The notes beneath the pieces are model-generated. The model made no database searches and was not told the origin of the DNA. It was given only the letters and a program-made list of their open reading frames with translations. Positions 1-9,165 of a DNA stretch of 64,000 bases are shown here, piece after piece (the stretch's first letter is position 1; each line of letters begins with the position of its first letter). A program made the position numbers and the translations under genes. Source of the stretch: Myxococcota bacterium (lineage in GTDB: Bacteria > Myxococcota_A > UBA9160 > PR03); the NCBI GenBank assembly GCA_039794265.1, contig JBDIVR010000006.1:7573-71572 (forward strand), in the 5' to 3' direction.

Positions 1-885
1 CACCCGGTGATGGCGGCGATCACACAGCCCGACCGGCCGCGAGGCCGCGGGCAGCGGCTGTCGCCGTCGCCGGTGGCGGCGGCTGCGGAAAGGGCCGGCA
101 TTCCCGCGCTTCGCACCGAACGGGTCGGCGACCCCGCGTTCGTGGATCGCTTGCGCGGTTTCGACGCTGAGCTCGGCATCGTCGTCGCGTTCGGCCAGTT
201 CCTTCCGCGACGCGTGCGCGAGCTGCCGCGCGCTGGCTTCCTCGTCAACGCCCACGCCAGCCTGCTGCCGCGCCACCGCGGCGCCGCACCGATCGCGTGG
301 GCGATCCTCGCCGGAGATGCGGAGACCGGCATCTCGGTGATGCGAGTCGATCGCGAGATGGACGCAGGGCCGGTCGCGGGCGTACGCCGCACGCCGATCG
401 GTGACGACGAGACGACCGGCGCACTCGAGGAGCGTCTCGCGCAGCTCGCGGCAGACGCCATCGAAGAGGCGATCGGGCGCGCGGCGACCGGGGAACTCCG
501 CTGGACCGAGCAGGACCACGCGCGCGCGACGCTCGCGCCGAAGATCACGCCGGAGGACGCGCACCTGGACTGGCGCGAGCCTGCCGCTGCGCTCGCACGC
601 CGCGTGCGCGCGATGGCGCCGCGCCCCGGCGCCTGGACGACGTGGGACGGCGAGCGGCTGCGCATCCTGCACTGTCGCGCGTTCCCCGCCGACGGCTCGA
701 TCGATCCCGGCGATGCACCCGGCACCGTGCGTGTCGTCGCCGGTGCCACGCCGATCCGGATCGCCACCGGCGACGGCTGGCTCGAGCCGCTCGCGTTGCA
801 GCGCGCCGGCGGCAAGCCGCTCGACAGCGCGGCGTTCCAGCGCGGTCGCGGCCTCCCGGACGGCGTGCGTCTCGGCGTGACTTGA
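1..885 (+). CDS. fmt: methionyl-tRNA formyltransferase (5' partial, runs off left edge)
   Basis: ORF 7..885 is open to the window edge. The translation has formyltransferase motifs (NAHASLLPRHRGAAPIAWAIL, ISVMRVDREMDAGPV) plus the Fmt C-terminal domain. It sits in the conserved fmt-rsmB neighbourhood. Confidence 0.9.
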   Translation, partial: HPVMAAITQPDRPRGRGQRLSPSPVAAAAERAGIPALRTERVGDPAFVDRLRGFDAELGIVVAFGQFLPRRVRELPRAGFLVNAHASLLPRHRGAAPIAWAILAGDAETGISVMRVDREMDAGPVAGVRRTPIGDDETTGALEERLAQLAADAIEEAIGRAATGELRWTEQDHARATLAPKITPEDAHLDWREPAAALARRVRAMAPRPGAWTTWDGERLRILHCRAFPADGSIDPGDAPGTVRVVAGATPIRIATGDGWLEPLALQRAGGKPLDSAAFQRGRGLPDGVRLGVT

Positions 886-2372
886 CGTCGCGCACGAGAC
901 GCGGAACCTCTTCGCCGCGCGCGAGCGCTCCCCGCCCTCCCAACCCGGTCGTCGCGCACGGTCTGCGCTCGGAGAACTCGACGTCCTCTCCCCCCTCGAT
1001 CGCCGTCCGCCACCGCGAAGCTCCGAACGAGGCGCGCGCGCTGGCGTTCCGAGTCCTTCGCCGGGTCTCGGAAGCGGGAGCGTACGCGGACCTGGCGCTG
1101 CGCGCCGAACTCGCGCGCAGCGCGCTCGCGACCCGCGACCGCGCGCTGGCGACGGAACTCGTCTACGGCACGCTGCGCTGGCGGGGCCGGCTCGATGCGC
1201 TTCTCGCACGCGTCCTCGACCGCAGGCTCGACGCGCTCGAGGCGCGGGTGCTCGACTTGCTGCGCCTCGGCGCGTACCAGATCGTGTTCTGCGACCGGGT
1301 TCCCGGCGCCGTGGCGGTGTCGCAGTCGGTCGTGCTCGCGCACGGATCCGGACTCGGCCGCGCGTCGGGCCTCGTCAACGCGGCGCTACGCCGGCTCTCA
1401 CGGGACTACGCGACGATCGCGCTGCCAGCGCTCGCGGACGATCCGCTCGGGCATCTCGTCCACGCGCTGTCGGTCCCAGCGTGGGTCGCCGCGCGCTGGC
1501 TCCGGACGTTCGGGCCCGACGAGGCCGCGGCGCTCGCCACCGCGCTGAACCAGCCGGCGCCGCGCACGCTGCGCACGAACCGTCGACGCCTCTCTCGCGA
1601 AGCGCTGCTGGTCGAACTGCGGGGCCGGAACATCGACGCGATTCCGTGTCGATTCGCGCAGAGCGGGATCCGCCTCATCGGACCCGCCGACCCGGCGCGC
1701 GACCCCGCTTTCGTCGAAGGCCGGATGACGATGCAGGACGAAGCCTCCCAGCTCGTCGTGGACCTGCTCGACCCACAGCCGGGAGAGCGCGTGCTCGACA
1801 CCTGCGCGGCGCCCGGAGGCAAGGCGACCGCCAGCGCGGAGCGGGTGGGCGCAGACGGCCTCGTCGTCGCCCTCGACCGGCACGAACGGCGCCTCGGACT
1901 GGTCTCCCGCGACGCCGAACGGCTCGGTCTCGAGAACGTGCGGAGCCGCGTCGCCGACGCGACGCACGGCCTTCCGGACGAGCTCGAGCCCGGCAGCTTC
2001 GATCGCGTGCTCGTCGATGCGCCGTGCTCCGGAATCGGTGCGTGGCGCCGCAATCCCGATGCGCGCTGGCGCGTACTCGCCGATGCACCGGCGCGGTTGG
2101 CGGCGGTGCAGCTGGCGATCCTGCGCAACGCCGTGCCGCTGCTCGCTCCGACGGGAGCGCTCGTCTACAGTACCTGCACGCTGACTCCGGAGGAGAACGA
2201 AGCCGTGGTCGACGCGCTGCTCGCCCGCACGCCCGAGCTTCGACGCACGCCGCTCGAGGCGCTGCCGCGGACGCTCGCGCCGCTGCTCGATGCCGACGGC
2301 GCGCTGCGCACCCTGCCCCACCGCCACGACGCCGACGGCTTCTTCGCCGTGCGGCTGGAGCGCCGCGCGTGA
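882..2372 (+). CDS. rsmB: 16S rRNA (cytosine-C5)-methyltransferase RsmB/Sun
   Basis: Distal ~495 codons of ORF 642..2372. NusB-like N-domain (ALAFRVLRRV...ELVYGTLRW), then SAM-MTase motifs VLDTCAAPGGKAT, DRVLVDAPCSGIGAWRRNPD, LVYSTCTLTPEENE. There is no ATG/GTG after the fmt stop. TTG 882 overlaps that stop (cTTGA), so the start is tentative. Confidence 0.8.
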   Translation: MTSRTRRGTSSPRASAPRPPNPVVAHGLRSENSTSSPPSIAVRHREAPNEARALAFRVLRRVSEAGAYADLALRAELARSALATRDRALATELVYGTLRWRGRLDALLARVLDRRLDALEARVLDLLRLGAYQIVFCDRVPGAVAVSQSVVLAHGSGLGRASGLVNAALRRLSRDYATIALPALADDPLGHLVHALSVPAWVAARWLRTFGPDEAAALATALNQPAPRTLRTNRRRLSREALLVELRGRNIDAIPCRFAQSGIRLIGPADPARDPAFVEGRMTMQDEASQLVVDLLDPQPGERVLDTCAAPGGKATASAERVGADGLVVALDRHERRLGLVSRDAERLGLENVRSRVADATHGLPDELEPGSFDRVLVDAPCSGIGAWRRNPDARWRVLADAPARLAAVQLAILRNAVPLLAPTGALVYSTCTLTPEENEAVVDALLARTPELRRTPLEALPRTLAPLLDADGALRTLPHRHDADGFFAVRLERRA

Positions 2373-3052
2373 GTCCTCGCCCGATCGTGATCGCGCCGTC
2401 GATCCTGTCCGCGGACTTCGGCCATCTAGCCGACCAGGTCCGGGCGGTCGAGGACGCCGGCGCCGACTGGATCCACGTCGACGTCATGGACGGCCGCTTC
2501 GTGCCGAACATCACGATCGGCCCGCTCGTCGTGCAGGCCGTGAAGCAGGCGGCCCGGCGCCCGCTCGACGTCCACCTGATGATCGTGGAGCCGGAGCGCT
2601 ACATCGACGCCTTCGCTGCGGCGGGCGCTGCGCGGCTGGGCGTGCAGGTCGAAGCGTGCCGGCACCTGCACCGCACGCTGCACCAGATCCGCGAGGCCGG
2701 CCTCGCGTCGTGCGCCGTACTCAATCCGGGCACGCCGGCGATCGCCGTCGAGCCCGTACTGGGCGATGTCGATCAGATCCTGGTGATGTCGGTGAACCCG
2801 GGTTTCGGCGGACAGAAGTTCATCCCGTCCGTCTTGCCGAAGATCCGGCAGATCCGGCAGTGGATCGACGAGCGCGGCCTCGACGTCGTGCTCGAGGTCG
2901 ACGGCGGCGTCGCGCCGGGCACGATCGGTCCCGCTGCGCGAGCCGGCGCCGACGCGTTCGTCGCCGGCTCGTCGGTCTACGGCGCGCCGGACTACCGCGC
3001 AGCGATCGATGCGTTGCGGCGCGAGGCCGAAGCCGCGCGCGGCGGGTCCTAG
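2369..3052 (+). CDS. rpe: ribulose-phosphate 3-epimerase
   Basis: GTG 2369 overlaps the rsmB stop (GTGA). The translation IAPSILSADFGHLADQV...HVDVMDGRFVPNITIG...MSVNPGFGGQKFI...VDGGV is typical of Rpe. Confidence 0.92.
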   Translation: MSPRPIVIAPSILSADFGHLADQVRAVEDAGADWIHVDVMDGRFVPNITIGPLVVQAVKQAARRPLDVHLMIVEPERYIDAFAAAGAARLGVQVEACRHLHRTLHQIREAGLASCAVLNPGTPAIAVEPVLGDVDQILVMSVNPGFGGQKFIPSVLPKIRQIRQWIDERGLDVVLEVDGGVAPGTIGPAARAGADAFVAGSSVYGAPDYRAAIDALRREAEAARGGS

Positions 3053-3255
3053 CGCCGGGGCGCGCGCCGGCTCGGCAGCAGGGGTCGCGCAGCGGGCGGC
3101 GGAGCGACCGCGGCGCGAACGGCGAGCGCCAGCGCGTCGGCGACACCGATCAGCTCGGCGGCATCCTCTTCCCACACGTAGAACCCGGGGCCCCACGCGG
3201 CGAAGCCGTGGCCCCGCCGGATGATCCGAACGCTGCGATCGGGATCAGGATCCAC
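3049..3255 (-). CDS. hypothetical small protein (68 aa), doubtful
   Basis: ORF directly downstream of phoU on the same strand. Its TAG overlaps the rpe TAG (CTAG). I recognise no family, and it may be a shadow ORF. Confidence 0.2.
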   Translation of the reverse strand: MDPDPDRSVRIIRRGHGFAAWGPGFYVWEEDAAELIGVADALALAVRAAVAPPPAARPLLPSRRAPRR

Positions 3256-3361
3256 GCCCGCCTCCTCTGGAACGACGCGGCAGAAGATCGGCGGCGATGG
3301 TGGCGGCGCGGTGACCGCGCGATGGTCTTTGCGCGACAGGAACGGCCGAGGCTCGACGCCG

Positions 3362-4036
3362 TCAGGCGTTGCCGCGGGCCAGCTTGTCTGCGTGCTTCAC
3401 GTTGCGGCCCTCGACCACCAGGATCACCGACTCGGCGATGTTCGTGGCGTGGTCCGCGACGCGCTCGAGGTTCTTGGCGATCAGGATCAGATCGATCTCC
3501 TGCGCCGAGATGTCGGGGCGATCGACGATCTCGCCGAGCGCTTCCAGGATCACCCGGTCCTGCCCCTCGTCCACTTGCTGGTCGCGCTCGAGCAGTTGCC
3601 GGGCCAGCTGGGCGTCGCGCTGCACGAACGCATCGAGAGCGTCGCGCAGCATCGCCTGACACTGACCCGCGAGCGTCTCGAGCGACGCCGGCAACGAGAT
3701 CGGCGGCCGCTCGGCCATCCGCGAGGCGCTCTTCGCGATGTTGCGCGCCAGATCCCCGACGCGCTCGAGATCCGTCCCCATGTCGTAGGCGGCCAGCAGC
3801 CGCCGCAGGTCGTCGGCGACCGGCGCCTGGAGGGCGATGCTGCGCAGCACGGCCTCGTCGACGGCGATGTCGAGGCGATCGATCTCGAGATCGTCGTCCT
3901 GCACCTCCTCGGCGAGCCGCGCGTCGCGCTGGAACAGCGCCTGCAGCGACTTCGCGAGGATCGCCTCGCAGCAGCCGCCCATGCGGAGGATCAGATCGTT
4001 CACCTCGCCGAGGAACGGCTCGAGGGTCCGGGGCAT
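3362..4036 (-). CDS. phoU: phosphate signalling complex protein PhoU
   Basis: From ATG 4036 (MPRTLEPFLGEV...). Two PhoU repeats with LERVGDLARNIA and LERVADHATNIAE signatures. The ORF-track GTG at 4114 adds 26 unlikely residues. Confidence 0.9.
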   Translation of the reverse strand: MPRTLEPFLGEVNDLILRMGGCCEAILAKSLQALFQRDARLAEEVQDDDLEIDRLDIAVDEAVLRSIALQAPVADDLRRLLAAYDMGTDLERVGDLARNIAKSASRMAERPPISLPASLETLAGQCQAMLRDALDAFVQRDAQLARQLLERDQQVDEGQDRVILEALGEIVDRPDISAQEIDLILIAKNLERVADHATNIAESVILVVEGRNVKHADKLARGNA

Positions 4037-4164
4037 CGGGGCGAGAGACCTCCAGGTTCCGACCGAGAAGCAGAACGGGTCGGTGCGACGGGAACCGAGG
4101 GCGGGCAATCCCACGAGGGATCCCCGCGATCACGCGCAGGGTAACCCGGGAACGGAGGAAGCGC

Positions 4165-4181
4165 GTGACCTTTTCGTGAAG
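4165..4181 (-). promoter_or_regulatory. Pho-box-like operator (two TCAC cores, 11-bp phasing)
   Basis: Read towards phoU the sequence is CTTCAC-GAAAAG-GTCAC. This nearly matches CTTCAT-GATTTC-GTCAC upstream of pstS (9091..9107). It lies ~130 bp upstream of the phoU ATG. Confidence 0.4.
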
Positions 4182-4366
4182 CCCAGACGGTCGCTACGCG
4201 CCGTGTTGGCCTCGAACGGCGCGAGACGGCGTCTTTCCGGATCGTCCCGGCAGATCTACTCGGTTTCGTCATCGATCCTTCGAGAAGGTGCGATCGCCAC
4301 GTGCGGCTGGCGCGAGTAGACTGCCGGCGTCTGCGGCCGCTGCGACCGCCGCTCTCGGGAGAATCG

Positions 4367-5191
4367 ATGTCGTCGACCGCGGACGCCCCGCCCGGCTGGA
4401 GCGCCTCCTCCGATCCGGCCGGCGGCCTGGTGATCGAGAAGCCCGCCGTCCGGGTCGCGCGACTGTCGTTCTGGTACGGCGAGACGCAGGCGCTCCATGA
4501 CGTCAGCCTCGACCTCGCGGAGAACCGGATCACCGCGTTCATCGGGCCGTCGGGCTGCGGCAAGTCGACGCTGCTGCGCTGCCTCAATCGGATGAACGAC
4601 CTCGTCGACGGCGCCCGCCGGGAAGGCGAGGTGTCGTTCGACGGGCGCAGCATCTACGAGCCCGAGGACGACGTCCACGAGCTCCGCAAGCGCATCGGCA
4701 TGGTGTTCCAGAAGCCCAACCCGTTCCCGAAGTCGATCTACGACAACGTCGCCTACGGGCCGCGCATCCAGGGCATACGGCGGCGCAAGGCGCTCGATGC
4801 GGTCGTGGAACGAAGCCTTCGGGCGGCGGCGCTGTGGGACGAGGTGAAGGACCGCCTGCGGGAGGGCGCGCTGCAGCTCTCGGGCGGCCAGCAGCAGCGG
4901 CTGTGCATCGCGCGCGCGCTCGCCGTCGAGCCCGAGGTGATCCTGCTCGACGAACCGTGCTCGGCGCTCGACCCGATCGCGACGGCGAAGATCGAGGAGC
5001 TGCTGCAGCAGCTGCGCAGCCGCTACACCCTGGTGATCGTGACGCACAACATGCAACAGGCCGCCCGGGTCTCCGACTACACGGCGTTCCTGTACCTGGG
5101 GCATCTGGTCGAGTTCGACGAGACGGCCAAGCTGTTCGTGAAGCCGCGCGAGCAACAGACCCAGGACTACATCACGGGCCGCTTCGGCTGA
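4367..5191 (+). CDS. pstB: phosphate ABC transporter ATP-binding protein PstB (inverted paralogue)
   Basis: ATG 4367. Walker [10 protein letters not shown], PstB-type [20 protein letters not shown], signature [14 protein letters not shown], Walker B ILLDEP, C-terminus ITGRFG. It is on the opposite strand to all other pst genes. Confidence 0.9.
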   Translation: MSSTADAPPGWSASSDPAGGLVIEKPAVRVARLSFWYGETQALHDVSLDLAENRITAFIGPSGCGKSTLLRCLNRMNDLVDGARREGEVSFDGRSIYEPEDDVHELRKRIGMVFQKPNPFPKSIYDNVAYGPRIQGIRRRKALDAVVERSLRAAALWDEVKDRLREGALQLSGGQQQRLCIARALAVEPEVILLDEPCSALDPIATAKIEELLQQLRSRYTLVIVTHNMQQAARVSDYTAFLYLGHLVEFDETAKLFVKPREQQTQDYITGRFG

Positions 5192-5220
5192 GAGCCGCTC
5201 GGTCAGCCGAAGCGGCCCGT
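5174..5220. terminator. 18-bp perfect inverted repeat between the convergent pstB genes (putative bidirectional terminator)
   Basis: ACGGGCCGCTTCGGCTGA (5174..5191) pairs perfectly with TCAGCCGAAGCGGCCCGT (5203..5220). The loop is 11 nt. The arms are the last codons plus stop of each pstB. Confidence 0.45.
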
Positions 5221-5967
5221 CAGATACGCCTCGGTCTCGGCCTTCTCGGGTTTCACGAAGAGCTGCTTCGTCGCGCCGAACTCGACGATCCTGCCGAGGT
5301 AGAAGAACGCGGTCCAGTCCGAGATCCGCGCCGCCTGCTGCATGTTGTGCGTGACGATGACGATCGTGATGCGCTTGCGCAGCGTGAGGATCAGCTCCTC
5401 GATGCCGGCCGTTGCGATCGGGTCCAGCGCCGAGGTCGGTTCGTCCAGCAACAGCAGCTCCGGACCGGTCGCGAGCGCGCGCGCGATGCACAGCCGCTGC
5501 TGCTGGCCGCCCGAGAGCTGCCACGCGCTGTCCTGCAGGCGGTCCTTCACTTCTTCCCACAACGCGGCGGATTTCAGCGCGGCCTCGACGGCGTCGGCGA
5601 TCTCGCTGCGATTCATGCCGCCGCGCGTGCGCAGACCGAACGCCACGTTGTCGTAGATCGACTTCGGAAACGGGTTCGGCTTCTGGAACACCATGCCGAT
5701 GCGCATGCGCATCTCGATCGGATCGACGCCGCCGCCGACGATGTTCACGCCATCCGGATAGAGCCGGACCTCGCCTCCGTAGCGGGAGCCGTCGTAGAGG
5801 TCGTGCATCCGGTTGCAGCAGCGCAAGAAGGTGGACTTGCCGCAGCCGGACGGTCCGATCAGCGCCGTCACGGCGTTCTCGTGGATCGGCAGGTCGATGC
5901 CCTCCAGGGCCTGGAACTCCCCGTAGTGGAAGTCCAGCCCGATCGCCTCGGCCTTCAGATCGCCCAT
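5203..5967 (-). CDS. pstB: phosphate ABC transporter ATP-binding protein PstB
   Basis: ATG 5967 ([16 protein letters not shown]...), 254 aa. [55 protein letters not shown]. Last gene of the minus-strand pstSCAB run. The remainder of ORF 5203..6843 is a shadow frame. Confidence 0.92.
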   Translation of the reverse strand: MGDLKAEAIGLDFHYGEFQALEGIDLPIHENAVTALIGPSGCGKSTFLRCCNRMHDLYDGSRYGGEVRLYPDGVNIVGGGVDPIEMRMRIGMVFQKPNPFPKSIYDNVAFGLRTRGGMNRSEIADAVEAALKSAALWEEVKDRLQDSAWQLSGGQQQRLCIARALATGPELLLLDEPTSALDPIATAGIEELILTLRKRITIVIVTHNMQQAARISDWTAFFYLGRIVEFGATKQLFVKPEKAETEAYLTGRFG

Positions 5968-6005
5968 CCCGTTTGCCCTTTCCACCCCGCGTCGAGCCGT
6001 CCCGG

Positions 6006-6941
6006 CTACCAGCGAATCCGCTTGCGGAGTCGATAACGCAGCCAGATCGCGCCGCCGTTCATCAGCAGCGTCATGACCAGCAGCACGAGGCCGGCCGCCG
6101 CGGCGTTGCCCTGGAAGTCGCTTCCCGGCCGCGAGATCCAGTTGAACATCTGGATCGGCAGCACCGTGAACGGGTCTTCGGTCCACTGGAACGAAACGAA
6201 CGGGAACTCGCCCTGGATCGGCGAGGCCGGCAGGAACGCGATGTAGGTCAGCGCGCCGATCGTGATCAGCGGCGCCGTCTCGCCGATCGCCCGCGCCAGC
6301 GCGATGATCACGCCGGTCGCGATGCCGCCGAGCGAGTACGGCAGCACGTGGTGCCACACCGTCTGCCACTGGGTCGCGCCGAGCGCGAAGGCCGCTTCGC
6401 GCACGGCGAACGGCACCGAGCGCAGCGCCTCGCGCGTCGCGACGATGACGATCGGCAGCACCAGGATCGCCAGCGTGAGCCCGCCGGTCAGGACGCTGCG
6501 GCCCAGATCCAGCGCATAGATGAAGAAGCCGAGCGCCAGCAGGCCGAACACGATCGACGGCACGCCGGCCAGGTTCGTCACGGTGATCTCGATGATGTCG
6601 GTGAACCAGTTGCGCGACCCGTACTCCTCGAGATAGACGGCGGCGGCGACGCCCAGCGGAATCGCCGCCATCCCGGTGACGATCATCACGGCGACGGTAC
6701 CCACCCACGCCGAGAGGATTCCGGCCCGTTCCGCCTTGCGCGACGGGAACGACGTGAAGAAGTCCCAGCGCAGATGCGGCAGCCCGTCGATGGCGAGATC
6801 GACCAGCAGCGCAGCCAGCGTGATCAGGCCCACGGCAAGACACAGCCAGCCGAACACCGAAAACAGCTTGTCGAAGAGCACGCGGCGGCGGATGCCGCGG
6901 CGGAGGGCGACGAGCTCCGGCGTGGGAGCGACGGTGCTCAT
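6006..6941 (-). CDS. pstA: phosphate ABC transporter permease PstA
   Basis: 311-aa polytopic permease with the loop [21 protein letters not shown], positioned between pstC and pstB. Confidence 0.9.
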   Translation of the reverse strand: MSTVAPTPELVALRRGIRRRVLFDKLFSVFGWLCLAVGLITLAALLVDLAIDGLPHLRWDFFTSFPSRKAERAGILSAWVGTVAVMIVTGMAAIPLGVAAAVYLEEYGSRNWFTDIIEITVTNLAGVPSIVFGLLALGFFIYALDLGRSVLTGGLTLAILVLPIVIVATREALRSVPFAVREAAFALGATQWQTVWHHVLPYSLGGIATGVIIALARAIGETAPLITIGALTYIAFLPASPIQGEFPFVSFQWTEDPFTVLPIQMFNWISRPGSDFQGNAAAAGLVLLVMTLLMNGGAIWLRYRLRKRIRW

Positions 6942-6942
6942 G

Positions 6943-7908
6943 TCAGTACGCCTCCCGGAAGCGGCGCCGGAGCAGCCAGGCGGCGACGTTGAAGACCAGC
7001 GTCATCAGCATCAGCGTGAGGCCCGCCGCGAAGATGCTGAGATAGCCGATGCTGCCGTGCGGCAGGTCGCCGAGCGCCACCTGCACGATGTACGCGGTGA
7101 TCGTCGCTGCCGGCTCGCGCGGATCGATGGTCAGGTTCGGCTGCTGCCCGGCGGCGATCGCCACGACCATCGTCTCGCCGACCGCACGCGACATGCCGAG
7201 CGCGAACGCCGCCGCCACGCCGCTGAGCGCTGCCGGCAGCACGACGCGCACCGCCACTTCGACGCGCGTCGCGCCCATCGCGAAGGCGGCCTCGCGCAGC
7301 TCCATCGGGACCGCCCGCATCGCGTCCTCGGAGACGGAGCTGACGTACGGAATGATCATGATGCCGATGACGAGGCCCGGCGACAGGATGTTGAAGCCGG
7401 GAAGCTCCGGGAACAGCCAGCGCTGGAGCAGCGGCGTCACGAACAGCAGCGCGAAGTATCCGTACACGACCGTCGGAACGCCCGCGAGCATCTCGAGGAA
7501 CGGCTTGATGATCTCGCGGGTGCGCGGCGCGGCGAACTCGCTGAGGTACAGCGCGCTCGTGAGCCCGATCGGAACCGCCACGGCCAGCCCGACGCCGGAC
7601 GACAGCAACGTGCCGGCCAACAGGGGCATGATGCCGAAGCGAGCGTCGTCGAACAGCGGCATCCACATCGTGTCGGTGAGGAAGTCCACGATCGACACGA
7701 CGCGGAAGAACGCGACCGACTCGGAGACCAGCACGTACAGGATCGCCAGCGTGATCCCGATCGACGACAGCGCGGCCAGCAACAAGCCGGCCTCGATCCC
7801 CCGTTCGCTCCACCAGCGCAAGCGGGCGCCGGGCCGGGACAGGCCCCGGCGCCGGGGTCCGCTACCGGGGGGCGATCCGCGCGTTGCGGCAGGAGCTTCG
7901 GCGACCAC
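6943..7908 (-). CDS. pstC: phosphate ABC transporter permease PstC
   Basis: 321-aa permease (…LYLSEFAAPRTREIIKPFLEMLAGVPTVVYGYFAL…REAAFAMGATRVEVAVRVVLPAA…). One nt separates it from pstA. Confidence 0.9.
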   Translation of the reverse strand: MVAEAPAATRGSPPGSGPRRRGLSRPGARLRWWSERGIEAGLLLAALSSIGITLAILYVLVSESVAFFRVVSIVDFLTDTMWMPLFDDARFGIMPLLAGTLLSSGVGLAVAVPIGLTSALYLSEFAAPRTREIIKPFLEMLAGVPTVVYGYFALLFVTPLLQRWLFPELPGFNILSPGLVIGIMIIPYVSSVSEDAMRAVPMELREAAFAMGATRVEVAVRVVLPAALSGVAAAFALGMSRAVGETMVVAIAAGQQPNLTIDPREPAATITAYIVQVALGDLPHGSIGYLSIFAAGLTLMLMTLVFNVAAWLLRRRFREAY

Positions 7909-7917
7909 CTCCGGAGC

Positions 7918-8961
7918 CTAGTGGACCGTTTCGCGGGCGAGCAGGTCCTCCAGCGAGACGCCCACCTCCGGCTTGCCGCCGAAGACAGTGCCGGTGGTTC
8001 CCGCGCGGAACCGCGCGAGAGCCGCCGGATAGGCGCTCGCCGGCAGCGGCAGGTACTTCACCTCCTCGATCAGCTCCGGCCCGTCGGTCATGATGAACTC
8101 GATCAGGCGCTGTACGGCCGGCCGCTCCGCGGACTTCGCTCTGACGTAGAGGAAGAGAGGCCGCGCGAGCGGCTGGTAGCTGCCGTCCTTCGCGGTTTCG
8201 ATGCTCGGCAATACGGCCTTCGCACCCGGCTTCCCGATGATCCCGAGCGCCTTCATGCGGTCGGCGTGCGGCGCGTAGTACGCATACGGGAGGTAGCCCA
8301 GGGCGAACTTGTTGTTCTCGATCCCCTGCACCAGGACGTTGTCGTCTTCGCTGCCCGTGTAGTCGCCGCGGCTCGACTTCGCCTTGCCGACGATCGCCTC
8401 GGTGAAGTAGTCGAACGTTCCCGAATCCGGACCGGCGCCGAAGAGGACGAGCGGCTCGTCGGGCCATTCGGGCCGCACCTGGTTCCAGCGCAGGATCTTG
8501 CCCTGCGCCGCAGGCTCCCAGATCTTCCGCAGCTCCTCGACGGTAATCTCGTCGACCCAGTCGTTCTTCGGGCTCACGGCCACCGTGAGCGCGTCGAACG
8601 CGATCGGCAGTTCGAAGTACTGGATGCCGGCTTCCTTGCACGCCGCCATCTCCTGGTCGAGGATCGGCCGCGACGCGTCCGACAGGTCCGTCTCGCCGCG
8701 GCAGAACTTCTTGAAACCGCCACCGGTGCCGGAGATCCCGACGGTGACGCGGACCTGGCCGCGCTCCTTCGCCTGGAACTCCTCGGCCACCGCCTCCATC
8801 ACCGGGAACACCGTGCTCGAGCCGTCGATCGCGATGGTCTCGGCGGCCTGCGCCGGGGCGGCGGCCACGGCGAGCAGGCCGGCCGTCGCGCCGGCGAGGA
8901 CCGCTCGATGGACGAGTGCGCGTAGCGCGGCGCTCCGGAGCAGGAATGCTTGGATCGACAT
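7918..8961 (-). CDS. pstS: phosphate-binding protein PstS
   Basis: ATG 8961 is preceded by GGGGGAGAG (SD) plus 6 nt. Signal peptide ends ...[25 protein letters not shown] motifs [13 protein letters not shown] and [14 protein letters not shown]. The ORF-track start 9021 is less likely. Confidence 0.9.
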   Translation of the reverse strand: MSIQAFLLRSAALRALVHRAVLAGATAGLLAVAAAPAQAAETIAIDGSSTVFPVMEAVAEEFQAKERGQVRVTVGISGTGGGFKKFCRGETDLSDASRPILDQEMAACKEAGIQYFELPIAFDALTVAVSPKNDWVDEITVEELRKIWEPAAQGKILRWNQVRPEWPDEPLVLFGAGPDSGTFDYFTEAIVGKAKSSRGDYTGSEDDNVLVQGIENNKFALGYLPYAYYAPHADRMKALGIIGKPGAKAVLPSIETAKDGSYQPLARPLFLYVRAKSAERPAVQRLIEFIMTDGPELIEEVKYLPLPASAYPAALARFRAGTTGTVFGGKPEVGVSLEDLLARETVH

Positions 8962-9079
8962 CTGGATCTCTCCCCCCGGCTGGCGGGTTCGCCAGCCTTT
9001 CCGCGCCATCGAAGCGCGCATCGCTGTTGGAAATCGCCGAGAAGCTACGTCCCGCTACGAAGTCGAGCGCGACGGAATC

Positions 9080-9107
9080 GTGAATCCCGTGTGACGAAAT
9101 CATGAAG
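9080..9107 (-). promoter_or_regulatory. Pho-box-like operator (three phased TCAY cores) upstream of pstS
   Basis: In the gene direction the sequence reads CTTCAT-GATTTC-GTCAC-ACGGG-ATTCAC. The cores fall at exact 11-bp intervals (plus-strand GTGAA 9080, GTGAC 9091, ATGAA 9102). The site is in the phoR-pstS intergenic region. Confidence 0.5.
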
Positions 9108-9165
9108 TCCCGAACGGACGGCCGGCTGCGCCCCGCGGGTTCCCGTAGGGCTCCGGATTCGCGGA

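Noticed and set aside
4268-4283. Third Pho-box-like site (GTCAT-N6-TTCGA) oriented towards the inverted pstB.
   Set aside because: One half-site is degenerate, and the flanking 11-bp register shows no further cores. I mention it only as a weak candidate inside the 4165..4181 finding.
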